A stretch of 64,000 nucleotides of DNA from Azolla caroliniana (lineage: Eukaryota > Plantae > Polypodiophyta). The translations under genes and the position numbers were made by a program. Positions 36,086 through 49,994 of this stretch are shown piece by piece; the stretch's first letter is position 1; every line of letters starts with the position of its first letter. Under the pieces are notes generated by a model. That model had not been told where the DNA came from and made no database searches. It saw only the letters and a program-made list of their open reading frames with translations. The stretch lies in assembly GCA_043228905.1 (NCBI GenBank), contig JBHGNT010000012.1:14942001-15006000 (forward strand), read 5' to 3'.

Positions 36086-39000
36086 CTCAACATCATATGC
36101 AAAACGGCCATGAGATAAGCGTGTGCGATTAGAGCAAACACGCTCGACCCAATGCACAAGAATAATTATTATCGTAAGAGTTCAAGAGAGGAGAGAGTGG
36201 GATATATATCGCAATATGCAAAAGGCCATGAGTTGAGCGTGTGCGATTAGTGCAAACACGCTCGGCCCGATGCACAATAATAAGTAAAATCGTAGCGTAG
36301 TAGGAGGTAGAAAGAAAGAGAATAAAACGTAATACCAATTTGATTCGACCATAAAGAACGCATAATAGAAAAAGAGAAGAGATCAAAAAAGAAGAATACC
36401 GGGTTTAGAGTGTTGTTTTGATCCTGAGAAGAGCATGACGAGCCTTGTTAGATCCCCCTCGCTCACACGCAAAAAACATCAAAACAACAAAAAAATTGTT
36501 AGTAAAAGCTCTGATACCACTGTTAAGAGTCTATTACTAATCAATAGACCAAATCAAGTAAAAAGGAAGAAAATAGATTGGATAGAAGAACCCGTTCCAC
36601 CCGACCACCCCCGAGCTATAATCTAGACATAGCCAACCTACCACCGACGTCCCATACTGCCGGATATTAGGATGACTAATACCTTGGAAGAGATAAACAC
36701 GATCGTCGAGACGAAAGCCTAGCCCGCACCACCGGTGTCTACGACAGCAGCCTTCCGACGTGATCCCTATGAGGGTAGCTAAGCCTCATATTTATACCTT
36801 TTCCTAGGCCCCTTGAATAGATGTGCCTTTCTAAAAGGCTCTCTATTCATTGGTTGTCTAAATCATGATAGTGCATGCACATATCATTCATTCTATCCAA
36901 TCATTAGTCCCCTTTTTAATAATAGTGAACATACCCTTCACTAATGTAAATATTAGTGACCTACCCTCACCAACGTTATGTGTACATAACATGGTTACAG
37001 TCAAAACTACAATTTTCTAGCTTTGCATAAAGAAAATGTTCTCGTAGTCATCTTAGTACTAATAGTACATGAGAATCATGCTCCTCTTGTGTCTTTAAAT
37101 AAACTAACAGATCATCCAAGTAGATGATCTAACAGATGTCCAAAAGACCTCGGAATATATCATTTCCCATGTGTTGGAAGACAGTTTGCACATTGGTGAG
37201 GCCAAATGGCATAACCATATACTTGGAAGTGCCCATATTGGGTGCGGAAAGATGTCTTCCATTCGTCTCCCGGTCGAATCCATACAAGGTTATATGCTCC
37301 TCATAAGTCGAGTTTTGTTGAAAACTTTGCGCCATTAGTCCTCTCTAAAAGACTCGACATCAGGGGAAGTGCATACCTATTCTTGATGGTGACCTTATTC
37401 AAGCTACGGTAATCCACGACTAGACGAAGTGATCCATCTTTTTTCTTGACAAAGAAAATATGTGCGCTGGCTGGACATTTCGAATGTCGAATAAACCCGT
37501 TTGCCAAGTTTTCCTCTATGTGAGCTCAAAGAATTTCAAGCTCAGTTGGTGACAAGTTGTAGATCAATCCCCACGGTGGCGCTTTTCCTGGTTTTAAGTC
37601 AATGGGACAATCATATGGTCGATGGTGAGGAAGAGTACTAGCTTTTACCTTATCAAAAACGTCGGCATAATGATGATACTTCTTTGGAAGTTGAATTGTT
37701 GACTCCTCCCTAGTGATGTTGGAAGGTTTCACTCATATTGCGAATAGAAACATTGATTCCTTCCGTCCTTCCTTACGCCATTGATGTAGCAAAATGGTTG
37801 AAATCTTATGTGTAGATCCTCGAGGTTGTCGATACCTGATTTCTCTTTTTCTCTAACTTATGTCCGGATTGCGTAATTCGAACCACGGTAACCCCAAAAC
37901 AATTGGATGCTCTGGACTACTAATTACATTAAATGATACTACACACGCCAAATTATTTAGGACAACACTAATCGGCTCTGACTCTTCTACAATATTTCCG
38001 TAAACAATGGGGCGACCATCAATGACTACTACAGAAGTTGGGCAAGGGAGTTTTCTTAGGGATATCTGATGAGCTTGGGCAAAATTCTTATCTATAAAGC
38101 AAGAATTGGCTCTGGAATCTAAGAGTGCTAAGACATGTACTGGAGGGTTACTTTTAGTACTTATTGTTACTTGAGCTAGGAAGACATTACTAACTTGCTT
38201 AGCGTGAATCGAACCACAGGGGCTGCACAGATCTAGGGTTGTCCAACCAAACAACGCCAATTTTGGCTGGACTTAGTCGTTTAACTCTTCTTGTAGTTGA
38301 CTAAGGACTTCAAATTTGTTTGATAGGCTTGGGCTATTAGGATGATCAGACACTTCTAATGAAATAGACTTGGCTTTAGTACTAGCGACTATTTGATTTA
38401 CCTGTCTTCTTGGCCTATGGAGACAGCTCACTGCAATATGCCCTAGTCCACCGCAATAAAGACATAGTCAATTTGCTCGGCGTCAATGCTTTTCCTCTTC
38501 GAATAATGGTCTACGATGACGTGTGGTGTCAATTTCAATCGGTGTTGGAGTATTTGCTGGAGACACATTATATGACTCCCTTGCAAATGGTTTTGTTGCA
38601 ACTGAGGCGTATGTGGGCTCCGACCTTGTTCTTGGCATTTGTAACTGACGTTCTGAACATCATTCGAAAAGCTTGTTATCGCAACGTACCGCTCGACTAA
38701 TTGCCTCTATGAGTGACTTTGGTTCTTCGGGGAAAGTCAGGAGTAAATCTTTGACATAATTTCGTAGGACATATCGAAACTGCTCATCCTAGGGAATATC
38801 GATGGCGAGTAGACGGAAATCCATAACGTTAGTTGAGGATGGACGATCACCTTGATGCAATCTTCAGATTTTATTGATTGCCATCCTAACGCTATCAGTG
38901 CCTCCAAAACAGGCTTAAAAATCGCTAATAAATTCCTCCAAATTATTTAACAATGGAGATCCTTTTCCTAACAAAGGAGCGAACCATGCCAAAGTTATGC

Positions 39001-39532
39001 CACTAAGCAACGTGTCTTCTAGTCGCACTCGTGATGCATCGGTGGGATATCGGGAAGGATGCATTTGAATCACCAGACGTACTTGATTAAGAAATCCTCC
39101 GAATTGTGATCGCGTTCCATCAAATTTCATAGGAAGAACGATCTTGGGTTCTTTATGAATCCCTTGAGTACTTGATACCTGCTCTTGCAATGACACAATG
39201 GTTGCTTCAAGTTGTTGCACACGTAACACCAACTCCCTATGATGTTGTTGTGTTTGTTGCTTTTCTAGAGAGATTTGTTGAAGATCCCCCAACAATCATT
39301 GATTTTCTTGCTCTAATAGTACAAACTTTTCTTCCAAGCACTACAGCTCCGAGAAAACAAATTGGTATTCTTGAGCGCTAATAGTTGCCATAGTAAGGAA
39401 GGAGGGTTACGAAGATGAGGGGAAATTTGGTTCAAACTATCAGAAATAGTACTAAAGACAAAGATGGAATTAGTACTAGAGATAGTAGAGGAAAGTACTA
39501 TGAGGATTAGTACTAAGGGGACTCACGAGAGA

Positions 39533-39572
<40 letters not shown>

Positions 39573-39787
39573 TGATAAGAAGTCGTATATTATATGAAGA
39601 GAAAATACAAGAACTAGGAGGTTTAAGACTAGCGTTGAACCGATTTAGTTTTGAATAATGCCATGTGCCTCTATTTATAGTTTTGTCAGGAGTACTCCCG
39701 AAGTTTCTAGAATGTTCCAAAGAAATCTAGAATATACATGAATTTCCTATAGTGAAATAATAAATGAAAATATTATTTATTGTATTA

Positions 39788-39859
39788 CAATGCATAGTTT
39801 AATGGTAAGGGTTCAACCCATGTATCACAAGGTCATGGGTTCAAATTTTTATGGAGCCA
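39788..39859 (+). promoter_or_regulatory. tRNA-like Pol III A/B-box module in U3 of element A 5' LTR (antisense to element)
   Basis: TAGTTTAATGGTA at 39795 and GGGTTCAAAT at 39837; ends GGAGCCA. Confidence 0.6.
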
Positions 39860-39876
39860 TACCATGCCATATCATG

Positions 39877-40782
39877 TGTCGAGAAACGTGACCAACCACA
39901 ACCGGTTTCATGTATGTGTTCGGGTGCAAAGAAAACAAGCAAGGTAATGCACAAACAGAAAATGAAAAACAGAGACACAAGATATTTAACGTAGAAAACA
40001 CAAACTAGGAAAAACTACGGGGGTCCACAAACCTCGAGAAACAGAATCACTATGACAGTATGATTAGGATGAATACTTTAATGACCCACAAATTGAGAGG
40101 AGTATATGTGTGCAAGGAGAAAAACAAGGAGAGGAGAATCACTAGCAGAATTGGTTGTCCTTAACTGTGTGATGTAACTGCCTCCCCTTGTGCTATAAAA
40201 GGGGAGGTTTCGAGCTGTTGAAGGGATCCTATGATTTTGGAGAACAATGTGTTGTCGTATCGAGCTCTGCATATTTCTGTTTTCCTATCCTCTATTTTTG
40301 TTGTTGTGTTGTAAGGCCTCCGTTTTGCGTTGGTAGCCCATGTGCTCCCGATCGGAGGCTCACTAGCATTTGTGTGTGTGAGTGTGGGGAGCTCGAAGGT
40401 CGGTTGCTAGCCGAGTTCGGTTGTAATTCTCTTATTATAGATTAATAAAATACGTCGTTGTTTCCCAATTTCTGTCTTTCCCGTCTCTGCCCATGTTCTT
40501 ATCTCTGTTCCTTCTCGTTTGCGTGTGCCTACTCGAGTATGTGAGCCCCTTAACTCATTTCTTACTACTTGGCAACAGGTCCGGAATAGTACACGTCTCT
40601 GAGCCGTGCAATCACCGTCCGGCATCCGGAGACTAGTCCGGATGAGATACGTGTCCGGACCGTGCTCCAGCAAAGATATCCAGACTCTAATCCGGATAGT
40701 CTCTCTTCCCTTACGAGCTCCTTGGTTCGAAACCTTAGTGGTGCCGCCCTGTTCTGACATATCCACGCGAATATCCACGACA
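39877..40782 (-). mobile_element. Solo LTR-like sequence without matching TSD
   Basis: Termini TGTCG...CGACA; U5-like GAAAACAC...GGAAAAACTACGGGG near the left end; flanks TCATG and ACGTC do not match. Confidence 0.6.
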
Positions 40783-42684
40783 ACGTCGTTTTTGACGAGT
40801 CGACATCTTGGTACGAACCAGAGACAACTCTGATTCCGACCCCAGTCACCCGGAATTAGCCAAAAGAGAGATAGAAGAAGAAGATCGCATGAGGCGTATG
40901 TTCCAAGAAAGTCCAATTACGACAAGGCTGAGTTGACCACAAGAGCCCCCAAGTGATCAAAGCACATCTCAGATGAGTCCGTACTTGGACAAAAGGAAGA
41001 CTAAAATGCAAAAATACAAAGATCCGATTGACAATGAGTTAACTCACTCCCTTGATAGTGAGTTCAAAGGCCTTGACATCCCAACCATCCGGACGAATGG
41101 AGCGAAGAAAGCCTTAGTCTTTGCAAACGAGAAGCTCCGTCACTCCACCCAAGAGAAAAACCCGGTTAGCGGATTCCATTACGACGAGTATATGGCATAT
41201 CATTATGCCTTTATGATGAAGGTGGCGATAGTCCGAGAATCGGAAAAATTTTCTAAGGCAGCCAAGGATCCACGATGGATCGAAGCCATGAATGAAGAAA
41301 TGTAGGAACTTTACAAAAACGAGACATGGGATCTCGTTCCCCATTCTCCACATCAGAAAGCGATTGGTTGTAAATGGATCTTTAAGGTAAAATATAATGC
41401 CGACGGCTCGATCAACCACTACAAGGCATGACTCGTAGCTAAGGGATATGCGCAAACATAGAGAGTCAACTATGAGGAGACCTTTGCCTTGGTGGCAAAG
41501 ATGAAGACTGTTCGGACAATCATTGCTCTCGCAGCTGCAAAAGGGTGGCACCTCCACCAAATGGATGTAAATAACGCCTTTCTACAAGGAGAATTAGAAG
41601 AGGAGGTTTTCATGATTCAACCACTCGGTTTCGAATGGAGCAAATACCTGATAGAAATCTACCAAATCAAGAAGCCGTTATATGGTCTCAAGCAAGCACC
41701 ACGTGATTGGCATTGAAAGATCACCCAGTATCTTCACCAAATCGGCTTCCAAAATTCGAAATCGGACAACTCCCTATACATCAGAAACGAGTCGAACAAC
41801 TCGATTGTCATCACCATGAACGTTGATGATCTGGTCACCGGAGTAAAGAATCTAGCCGACATTAATAAGGTCAAATAGCTCCTATCTGGCAGATTCGAAA
41901 TGAAAGATATGCAGGAGCTCCATTACTTCCTCGGCATTGAAGTAATTCAAACACTAGTCGAGATACTGACCTCTCAACGGCACTACATTCTCCACTTGCT
42001 CTACAAGTTCAAGATGACTGAGTGCAAACATGTGTCTACCCCTCTCGATCGAAACCTCGAACTCGATGGCGATTTGGGAACAAACGATTGTGAGCCTACT
42101 CAGTATCATCATTTGATCGGCAACTTAATCTATGTAACCATCACTCGACCCAACCTCAACTATTCGGTCGGTCTACTTAGCCAATTCATGCAGAACCCTC
42201 AAAATCTTCATCTCGACTATGCTAAGAGAGTACTTAAGTATGTCCATGGGACGATGGATTTCGGCATCCTGTATAAATTGGACACGATCATTCAACTTGA
42301 AGGGTACACATATGCCGATTGGGCTGGCTATAAAGCTGACAAACAATCGACATCGGGATTCGTCTTCTCCCCCGGTAGTAGAGTGATCTTCTGGAGTAGC
42401 AAAAAGCAACCGACCATCATATTGTCAAGCACAGAGGTGCAACAGTCGTTGCATGCGAAGCTGTTTGGCTCAAACACATATTGAAGGATCTGGGCGTTCC
42501 CATCATGGATCCGATTCATCCATACTGTGACAACATGCGCAATATTTATCTAGCTCGAAACCTGGTGTTCCACGTGCGCACAAAGCATATCGAAGTGCAT
42601 TACCACTTCATCTGAGCGCGTTCAGGCTAGAGATGTTGACCTATAGCACATCAACAAGAACCTGTCATGAATACATAAACATCA

Positions 42685-42757
42685 TGGTTTCACCTGGGCT
42701 TGAACCCAAGACCTTGTAATATAGAATCAGGAACCCCACCATTAAAATAGCCCATGA
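42685..42757 (-). promoter_or_regulatory. tRNA-like Pol III A/B-box module in U3 of element B LTR (antisense to element)
   Basis: Minus strand reads GGGC-TATTTTAATGGT...CTTGGGTTCAAGCCCAGGTGAAACCA; 45 nt from U8 to G53; CCA falls at tRNA positions 71-73. Confidence 0.6.
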
Positions 42758-44583
42758 TCATATGAGATAATAAAAGCTACTTCTTATAATACACTGATTA
42801 TTGTAAATACTTTGTAATATTTTAGAACATCTTAGAATATCTGAGAACATCTTAGAATATTCTAGGTGAAGAAAATTCTAGAACATTATAGAAATCTCTA
42901 GGCTATTCTATGGGAACCTATAAATAAGGGCATACATGAACTCTCAAATCAATTCGAATCAACACCAGTCTTAGGCTCTCATCGGCTATCTTGTATCCAT
43001 TACCCATTCTACTTTAATATATTCATTCTTCTCTTATCATTTCATTTCTCTCTTCTTGTGATCTGTTTATACCTTTCTTCTGTCACTCTATCTTCTGTCT
43101 TGGTTGTGACAGTTTGATTCGAAGTTCTTGCTCTCCTTTATTCCTCCTCTATAAACATCACGAAACCATGGCCGCCATCAACTCAGAAGAATATCTCTCC
43201 CTTGTTGATGAAATGGAGAATCTTAAATCCAAGTTCGCATCTCTTGAATTAGAGAATCAACGTCTTCTTAGAGATCTACAAAAGGTTACTGTGGAGAAGC
43301 AACAACAACAAGAGGAGTTTACGCGATAGGTGCAACAACTAGAGTCTACAATCGTAATTTTACAACAGCAAAGGGTCGACGGTCAAGGAATTATCAAGGA
43401 GCCCAAAATCAGCCTCCCCGCTAAATTTGATGGTTCGAGGGTGCATTTCCGAGGTTTCTTGAATCAAGTGCGGTTGGTAATTCAAATGGATCCACGCATT
43501 ATCCGATAGATGCATCTTGAGTTGGGTTAGTGGGCACCTTATTGACTAGCATAACGTTGTCGTCGTTTGCTCTATTATTAGAGACGAATTCTCCTCTACT
43601 CCATAATTTCGAGGAATTAGTCAAAGAATTTAAAGCTTGCTTTGGAGATAAAGATGGGGCAAGAACAACGATCAACAAGATTCGTACACTACGTCAAAGT
43701 GATCAGCCAGCATCGATATATGCAACCAATTTTTGTCTCATCACAAGCGATATTCCTTGGGACGAACAAGCCCTAATGGAGTAGTTTCATTTCGTTCTTC
43801 GTAGTAATGTAAAAGACCTACTTCTTACATTCCCCGAGGATCCAAAATCTCTTACGAAAGCTATTAGTCAAGCAATATGATGCGATAACCGTCTTTTTGA
43901 GCATCGATGTGAACGACAACAACAAATAACAAGGTCAAGATTCACACCAACTTATGCATCAGTAACGACGCAGTCATCTCCAAGGCAAACATATAGCATT
44001 GCTCCAACTCCAAGGCAACCACGTAGTCCAACCCCAATGGATAGGCCTACACCCATGGAGATAGATATGACGTAACGACGAGGACCGTTGTTGGATGAAG
44101 AGAAACAACGATGTCGAGTAAACCATCTGTGGTTATATTGCAGAGGTCCAGGACATATAGTCATTCATTGCTCCCGAAGGCCGAGGTGTCAGGTAAATCA
44201 AATTCACTATGACAATAAAACTGAGTCCAACATTTTAGAAACACTTAGTGATCCACCCTTGTCCACCCTTGTCCAACATATTATGAATAATCCACCCTTG
44301 TCCAATAAGTTTGAAGTCCTAGCCAATTAGAAGAGGAGTCAAACGAATAAGTCCGGCCAAAACAGGAGCCATTTGGTTGGACAACTCTAAATCTATACAA
44401 CCTAGTGTAGGTTCCATTTCTTCCAAGCATATTAGTAGAGTCTTCTCAGCCCAAGTACAAGTTAGGACACCAAGTTGTCAATTTCAGGTCCAAGCCCTCT
44501 TAGATACCGGTTCCAATTCTTGTTTCATGGATAGAGATTTTGCCCAAATACATCAAATATCCTTGCATACTCTTAGTAGTAAT

Positions 44584-45195
44584 TGATGAACGTCCCATAG
44601 CTTCCGAGAAGATATTCGAAGTATTATAGATCTAGGTACTAAAGTAAGCTTAAGATAAGGATAAAGAAATGAAAGATAGAAAGGAGAAAGAGAAAGAAGG
44701 GTGCCGATCCACCCGACCACCCCCAAGCGAAAGGATCGAGACGGACTCGAGCCTCGATCGACGTCCCATACCACCGCCGTGGCGTCGAGTCGTACCTGGT
44801 GTTGGCGCGCTCGCTACAAGAGTTGACCCACCACACGAGCAGAGTCTCGATGTAGTCAAAAGATGATCAAATGAGGGTAGCTAGGCCTCTTATTTATAGC
44901 GATACCCAAGGCCCCCAGGCAAGTTCACACTTGACCTAATGGGTTGTCTCAATCCCGAGGATTAAAAGTAATCCTCCCCTTCTTTACACTCTCGTTTAAC
45001 CCTCACACTTATCCACGTGTATAGAATACTACGGTAAATTCTTACCACGGGATATTATATGGTCATGCCCGTAACATACTCCCCCTCTTTAAAACATTGC
45101 ACTCTTGCAATGGAAAGTTAGGGAAGTTAGTTCTAAGAGTATTTTCGCGTCCCCATGTGGCATCTTTTATTGATTTATCCATCCATTTTATTTTT
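44584..45195 (-). mobile_element. Remnant (3' LTR, PPT and chromodomain end) of an element C-related chromovirus
   Basis: LTR 44584-45076 shares CCACCCGACCACCCCC, CGACGTCCCATACC and GAGGGTAGCTA with the element C LTR; followed by TACTCCCC and sequence homologous to 30348-30460. Confidence 0.85.
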
Positions 45196-48100
45196 AGCGC
45201 ATATTGATCCTAAAAAGCCATTTACTATTGAGGCGGATGCGTCAGATTTTGCATTTACTGCTACGGAGATAAACTACGAGGTACACGACAAGGAGTTATT
45301 AGTTGTTGTCAACTCTTTTGAGCAATGGAGACATTTCTTGGAAGGATCGTCTCATCAAACCATCATATATAGTGGCCATAAAAATCTTACGTATTTTCAA
45401 ACAACTCGAGTGTTAAATAGGAGATAGGCTCGGTGGGCAGAATTTCTAACTCGTTTTGATTTCAAGATCATTTTCTGCCCCGGGAAACAACAAGGGAAAG
45501 CAGATGCTCTGTCTCGACGATCATATCTCGCACTTCGTCCTTGAGACCCGGCCTTTGACAATCAAAAGCAAATTCTCCTAGGACCATCAAAGCTACAAGC
45601 AACAACAGTTTATGCCACGCCACTTCAATCAAGCCTTGTGGATACTATTCGGCAACGACTTCACTCTGATGATTTCGCTAAGGATGTCTTAGCCCACATT
45701 AGTCGAAGCCATGCATCTTGCTCCACATTGCAAGGGTCATCTCAACACTATCAAGAATTCAAATGACAAGATGGCTTACTCTTTTACAAGAATCTCCTTT
45801 ACATCCCTGATGGATCACCCGCCTTGAAGTATTGGAGCATTGTCATGATGCCCCTATGGCTGGAATATTTTGGTATTGCCAAGACCATGGAGTTGGTGAA
45901 GCGATCGTTTTGGTGGCCTCATTTGCAAAACTTTGTCGAAGATTATGTCCATACATGTGACACTTGTTGTCGAGCCAAAATACCCAGGCATCATCCTTAT
46001 GGTTTGTTACAACTATTACCGTCTCCAACTAAGTCGTGACAGTCTATTTCTATGGATTTCATTACGGATCTGCCACCTTCAAAAGGATTTGATACTATTT
46101 TAATAGTAGTCGATCGATTTACCAAGATGGCGCATTTTTTACCATGTGTGAAGAGCATCAGTAGTCAGGAAACCGTAGAGCTCATTATGTGTGAAGTGTT
46201 TTGTCATCATGGTCTTCCAGACAATATAATTAGCGATTGTGGTCCTTAATTTATCTCTCACTTTTGGAAGCACCTATGGGCAAGCCTCAGAATCTCTTGC
46301 AAACTCTCCTTGGCTTATCATCCACAAACCGATGGACAAACAGAGCGCACAAATCAAACGCTCGAGCAGTATCTTCGTTGCATCATCAGCCATCAACAAG
46401 ATGATTGGAGTAATATTTTACATCTTGCTGAGTTTGCATACAATAACACGGTACACTCTTCTACTAAGGTCACACCTTTCTTTGCCTACACTGGCAACCA
46501 TCCTCGATGGTGTATCGTAGATCTTCCCGAGGTCACACGAAACCCTAGTGCTGAGCATCACCTTCATCGACTACACCAGATCCAGTTAGCATTATCTTCA
46601 CATCTTCAGACAACTCAAGCACAACAAAAGACAAATGCAAATCGGCATCGTCCTAAGTCTCCTTTTAAGGTTGGTGACCGAGTATGGTTGCTTTGTCATC
46701 ACATCAAGACTATCAGACCGTGTGAGAAACTCGATTATCAGCGCTTAGGTCCTTTTCTCATCACGACGCAGATTAATGATGCAATCTTTCGTCTTAACCT
46801 TCCATCAAACATGCAGCTTCACCCAGTCTTTCATATCTCTCTTTTAGAACCTTATCGGACCTCTTCCATTCCTAATCGAGTCGTGCCACCTCTGCCCTCT
46901 ATCGAACTTGCTAACGGCCCCGAATATGAGGTAGCTCTTGGGAATATGTCTCTCCAATGGGAGGATGATCCGACTATTCGAAAAGCCGACAGTTGAAGAG
47001 TCGGAAAGTCGACTGTCAAAGAGCCAAAAATAGTGAGTCAACTGTTTAAGAATTCGACTATTATTATTATGGTAATAATGATGATGATGTCAGGAAATAG
47101 GTCTCTCCAGATGGGGAGAGAGAGGAGCCGAGTTGATGAGGGACTGTAGCCAACTCGGGAGACTATATTTGTAAATAGTCTAAGTGTGCGTCCCATGAGG
47201 GCTATGTATGTAAATAGCCAGAAAAGTTGCATAAGTATATATGCAACTGGGGCAAACTTTAACAGTGTGATAAACATAGTAGAAACAGATAGTGTGCAGT
47301 GTGAGGGAGAGAGACAGAGAGTGTGTGTGAGTCGTGCCATAGTTGTGTGAGTAACAACAAACGCGAAGAGTCTTATGCGCCTGATACACTCGACAGAGTT
47401 TTGTATTCCTCTCGGTGTTGTATATCCACTTTGTATAGTGAAGATTCTGTTCACCCGTGGTTTTCCCCATTTTAGGGTTTCCACATAAATTTCTGTGTAT
47501 ACTTCTATTTATCTTGTCTTTCTGGCATTTCGGTAATTCATATTTCAGCTCCTAGTTTGCTTATTGTGATCTATTCCGCATGGATTTCTCAACAAATTGG
47601 TATTAGAGCTTGAGGTGCAAGGATGGAAGGAGGCGTGAGCGGATTCCCAAGTATGATACTTCTAAACTCTCAAAACTATGCAGACTGGAAGATAAAGATG
47701 GAAGACCTTCTCATAGTAAAAGACTTGTACGAGCTAGTCGATAGAGCTAGAAATACCCAGGGGGGTATTGGAGTCGGACTAGAAGCTCCTAAACAGAAAG
47801 GCCGTGGTGGCCACTATCCGACAATGCGTCGATGTAAGTGTCCTTTAGCATGTGGCGAATGTCACAAATGCTTATGAGATGTTGCAGAAGCTGTCAGGTC
47901 TTTATGAGAGAAAGTACGCGCTCAATAGAACCTCGCTGTTGAGAAAAATCGCACGGCTGAAATACAGAGACGATGAGAGCATCGTTGAGCACATCAGCAC
48001 ATTCATGGGGTATTTAAATCAACTTGTTGCGACCAAGTTTCCCCTAGATGACGCAATGCAAGCCATCCTAATGATGTGCACACTGCCGGAAAGCTGGGAG

Positions 48101-49496
48101 AACCCGGTGGTTACTCTCAGCACCTCCTGTCAAGAAGAGAACTTGTCTTTATAGACGGTGAAGACAAGCATCCTAAATGAGGAGGCAAGGAGGAAAGACA
48201 AAGGAGTCTTGTCCCAAACGGAGTCGAATCTGACTCAACATATGGATAGAGGAAGGGACCGGTGAAGAAGAAGTCTGCAGCGAACGGACAAATCCCACGC
48301 CAGATCGAAGTCTAGAGGTAAGCCTGTGTGCTTCTATTGTGGAAAACCTGGACATTTCCAGAAGGACTGTCGACACATGAGAAAAGACAAGAGTGTCGGA
48401 AATAATGTCGAACCCCAGAAGATTCCGAATGAAAAGAACACTTCGGCCATTGCTACAAGCAATGAGGAACTTTTGTTCATCTGTGAACAGACAAGTGCAA
48501 ATCTTGCAAGCGAAGAGTGCACTTGGGTGATCGACTCCGGCGCATCCTTTCACATTACTTCGTTGAGAGAGTACTTCTCGACTTACATAGTCGGGGATCA
48601 TGGTTATGTAAAGATGGGTGATAGTGGAGAGTGCAAGATAACCGGAGTCGGAAGTGTGTGCTTAACGACGTCGACAGGGTGTCGACTAACGTTGAAGGAT
48701 GTTCGACATGTCCCCGATATCAGATTGAATCTGATATCAACTGGAAGGCTTGACGACGAAGGCTACAGTGGTAGTTTTCGGAATGGCAAGTGGAAGTTCT
48801 GCCGAGGAAATCTCATAGTGCCCCGAGCACAAAAAGAAGGCACATTGTACATGATGCATGCCCGATTGTGCAAATCAGAAATAAACGTGGCAGCCGACTC
48901 GGCATGGGAGATATGGCATAAGAGGTTAGGCCAATTGAGTGAGAAGGGAATGTGCATGTTAGCAGACCAGAAACTTCTACCGGAAGTCAAGGGAGTGCAC
49001 CTAGAGAAGTGTGTCGACTGCTTAGCCAGAAAGTAGAACAGGACGGCATTCCACACAAGACCACTGAGGAGAAGAGATGTTGCACTGGAACTAGTGGACA
49101 CGGATGTGTGCTATGTGGATGCTCCATCGCATCGAGGAGGACAGTACTTTGTAACATTCATTGACGACCATAGTCAAAAGACATGGGCCTTCGTACTAAA
49201 GTCGAAGGATCAACTACTGTCGGTTTTCAAGGAGTTCCAGGCAAGAACCGAAAGAGAGTCGGGTCGGAACCTGAAGGTTGTCCGAACCGACAACGGTGGC
49301 GAGTACAAAGGGCAGTTCGAGGAATACTGCAAGTGCCAAGGTATTCGGATTGAATACACAGTGCCAAAGACCCCAGAGTTGAACGGGCTTGCAAAGAGGA
49401 TGAATCAAACGATCATGGAGAGAGTGAGGAGCATGCTCTCTCATGCGAAACTACCGAAATCCTATTGGGTTGAGGCAATGTACACGGTTGTTTATT

Positions 49497-49994
49497 TGAT
49501 CAACCTCCCTCAATACCTCTAAAGGGTGATGTCCCATAGAGGGTGTGGACAGGGAAGGATGTCTCCTACCAACACCTGAGGGTGTTTGGATGTTTGGCGT
49601 ATATGCATGTACCAAAGGATCAAAGGGCAAAGCTCGACAGCAAGTCGAAAGCATGCATATTCATGGGATACTCGGAAGATGAGTTCGGCTACAAGTTGTG
49701 GGACTTAGTCCACAAGAAGGTAGTGAGAAGTCGGGATGTTATCTGATCAACAGGTCTCCCTCAGTACCTCTAAAGGGTGATGTCCCATAGAGGGTGTGGA
49801 CAGGGAAGGATGTCTCCTACCAACACCTAAGGGTGTTTGGATGTTTGGCGTATATGCATGTACCAAAGGATCAGAGGGCAAAGCTCGACAGTAAGTCAAA
49901 AGCATGCATATTCATGGGATACTCGAAAGATGAGTTCGGCTACATGTTGTGAGACTTAGTCGACAAGAAGGTAGTCAGAAGTCGGGATGTCGTC
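49497..49994 (+). repeat. About 250 bp tandem duplication within the Copia integrase
   Basis: TGATCAAC...TACCTCTAAAGGGTGATGTCCC...GAAGTCGGGATGT occurs at 49497-49743 and 49744-49994. Confidence 0.92.

Larger units (their letters stand above)
29877..36991 (-). mobile_element. Full-length young chromoviral Ty3/Gypsy element C (tRNA-Met primed)
   Basis: 471-bp LTRs 29877-30347 and 36521-36991 (one substitution seen); TSD TGGTT; PBS complement GCTCTGATACCA at 36508-36519; PPT complement CTCCCC next to the 3' LTR. Confidence 0.97.
13150..39876 (-). mobile_element. Decayed Tcn1/Tf1-like chromoviral Gypsy element A, host of five nested insertions
   Basis: Homologous LTRs at 13150-15959 (interrupted by a LINE) and 39438-39876. 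Internal pieces rejoin across TSDs: gag (EPKIVLPMKFDG, about 39295), protease (ALLDSRANSCF), RT ([17 protein letters not shown]; FDCNQ|VEFLG), RNaseH (INYEIYDKELLA; LEGCP|LQV), integrase (ISLDFITDL) and chromodomain (EYEVVAILD...YLVYWLGY...TWE, 15960-16213). PPT complement at about 15962-15972. Confidence 0.9.
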
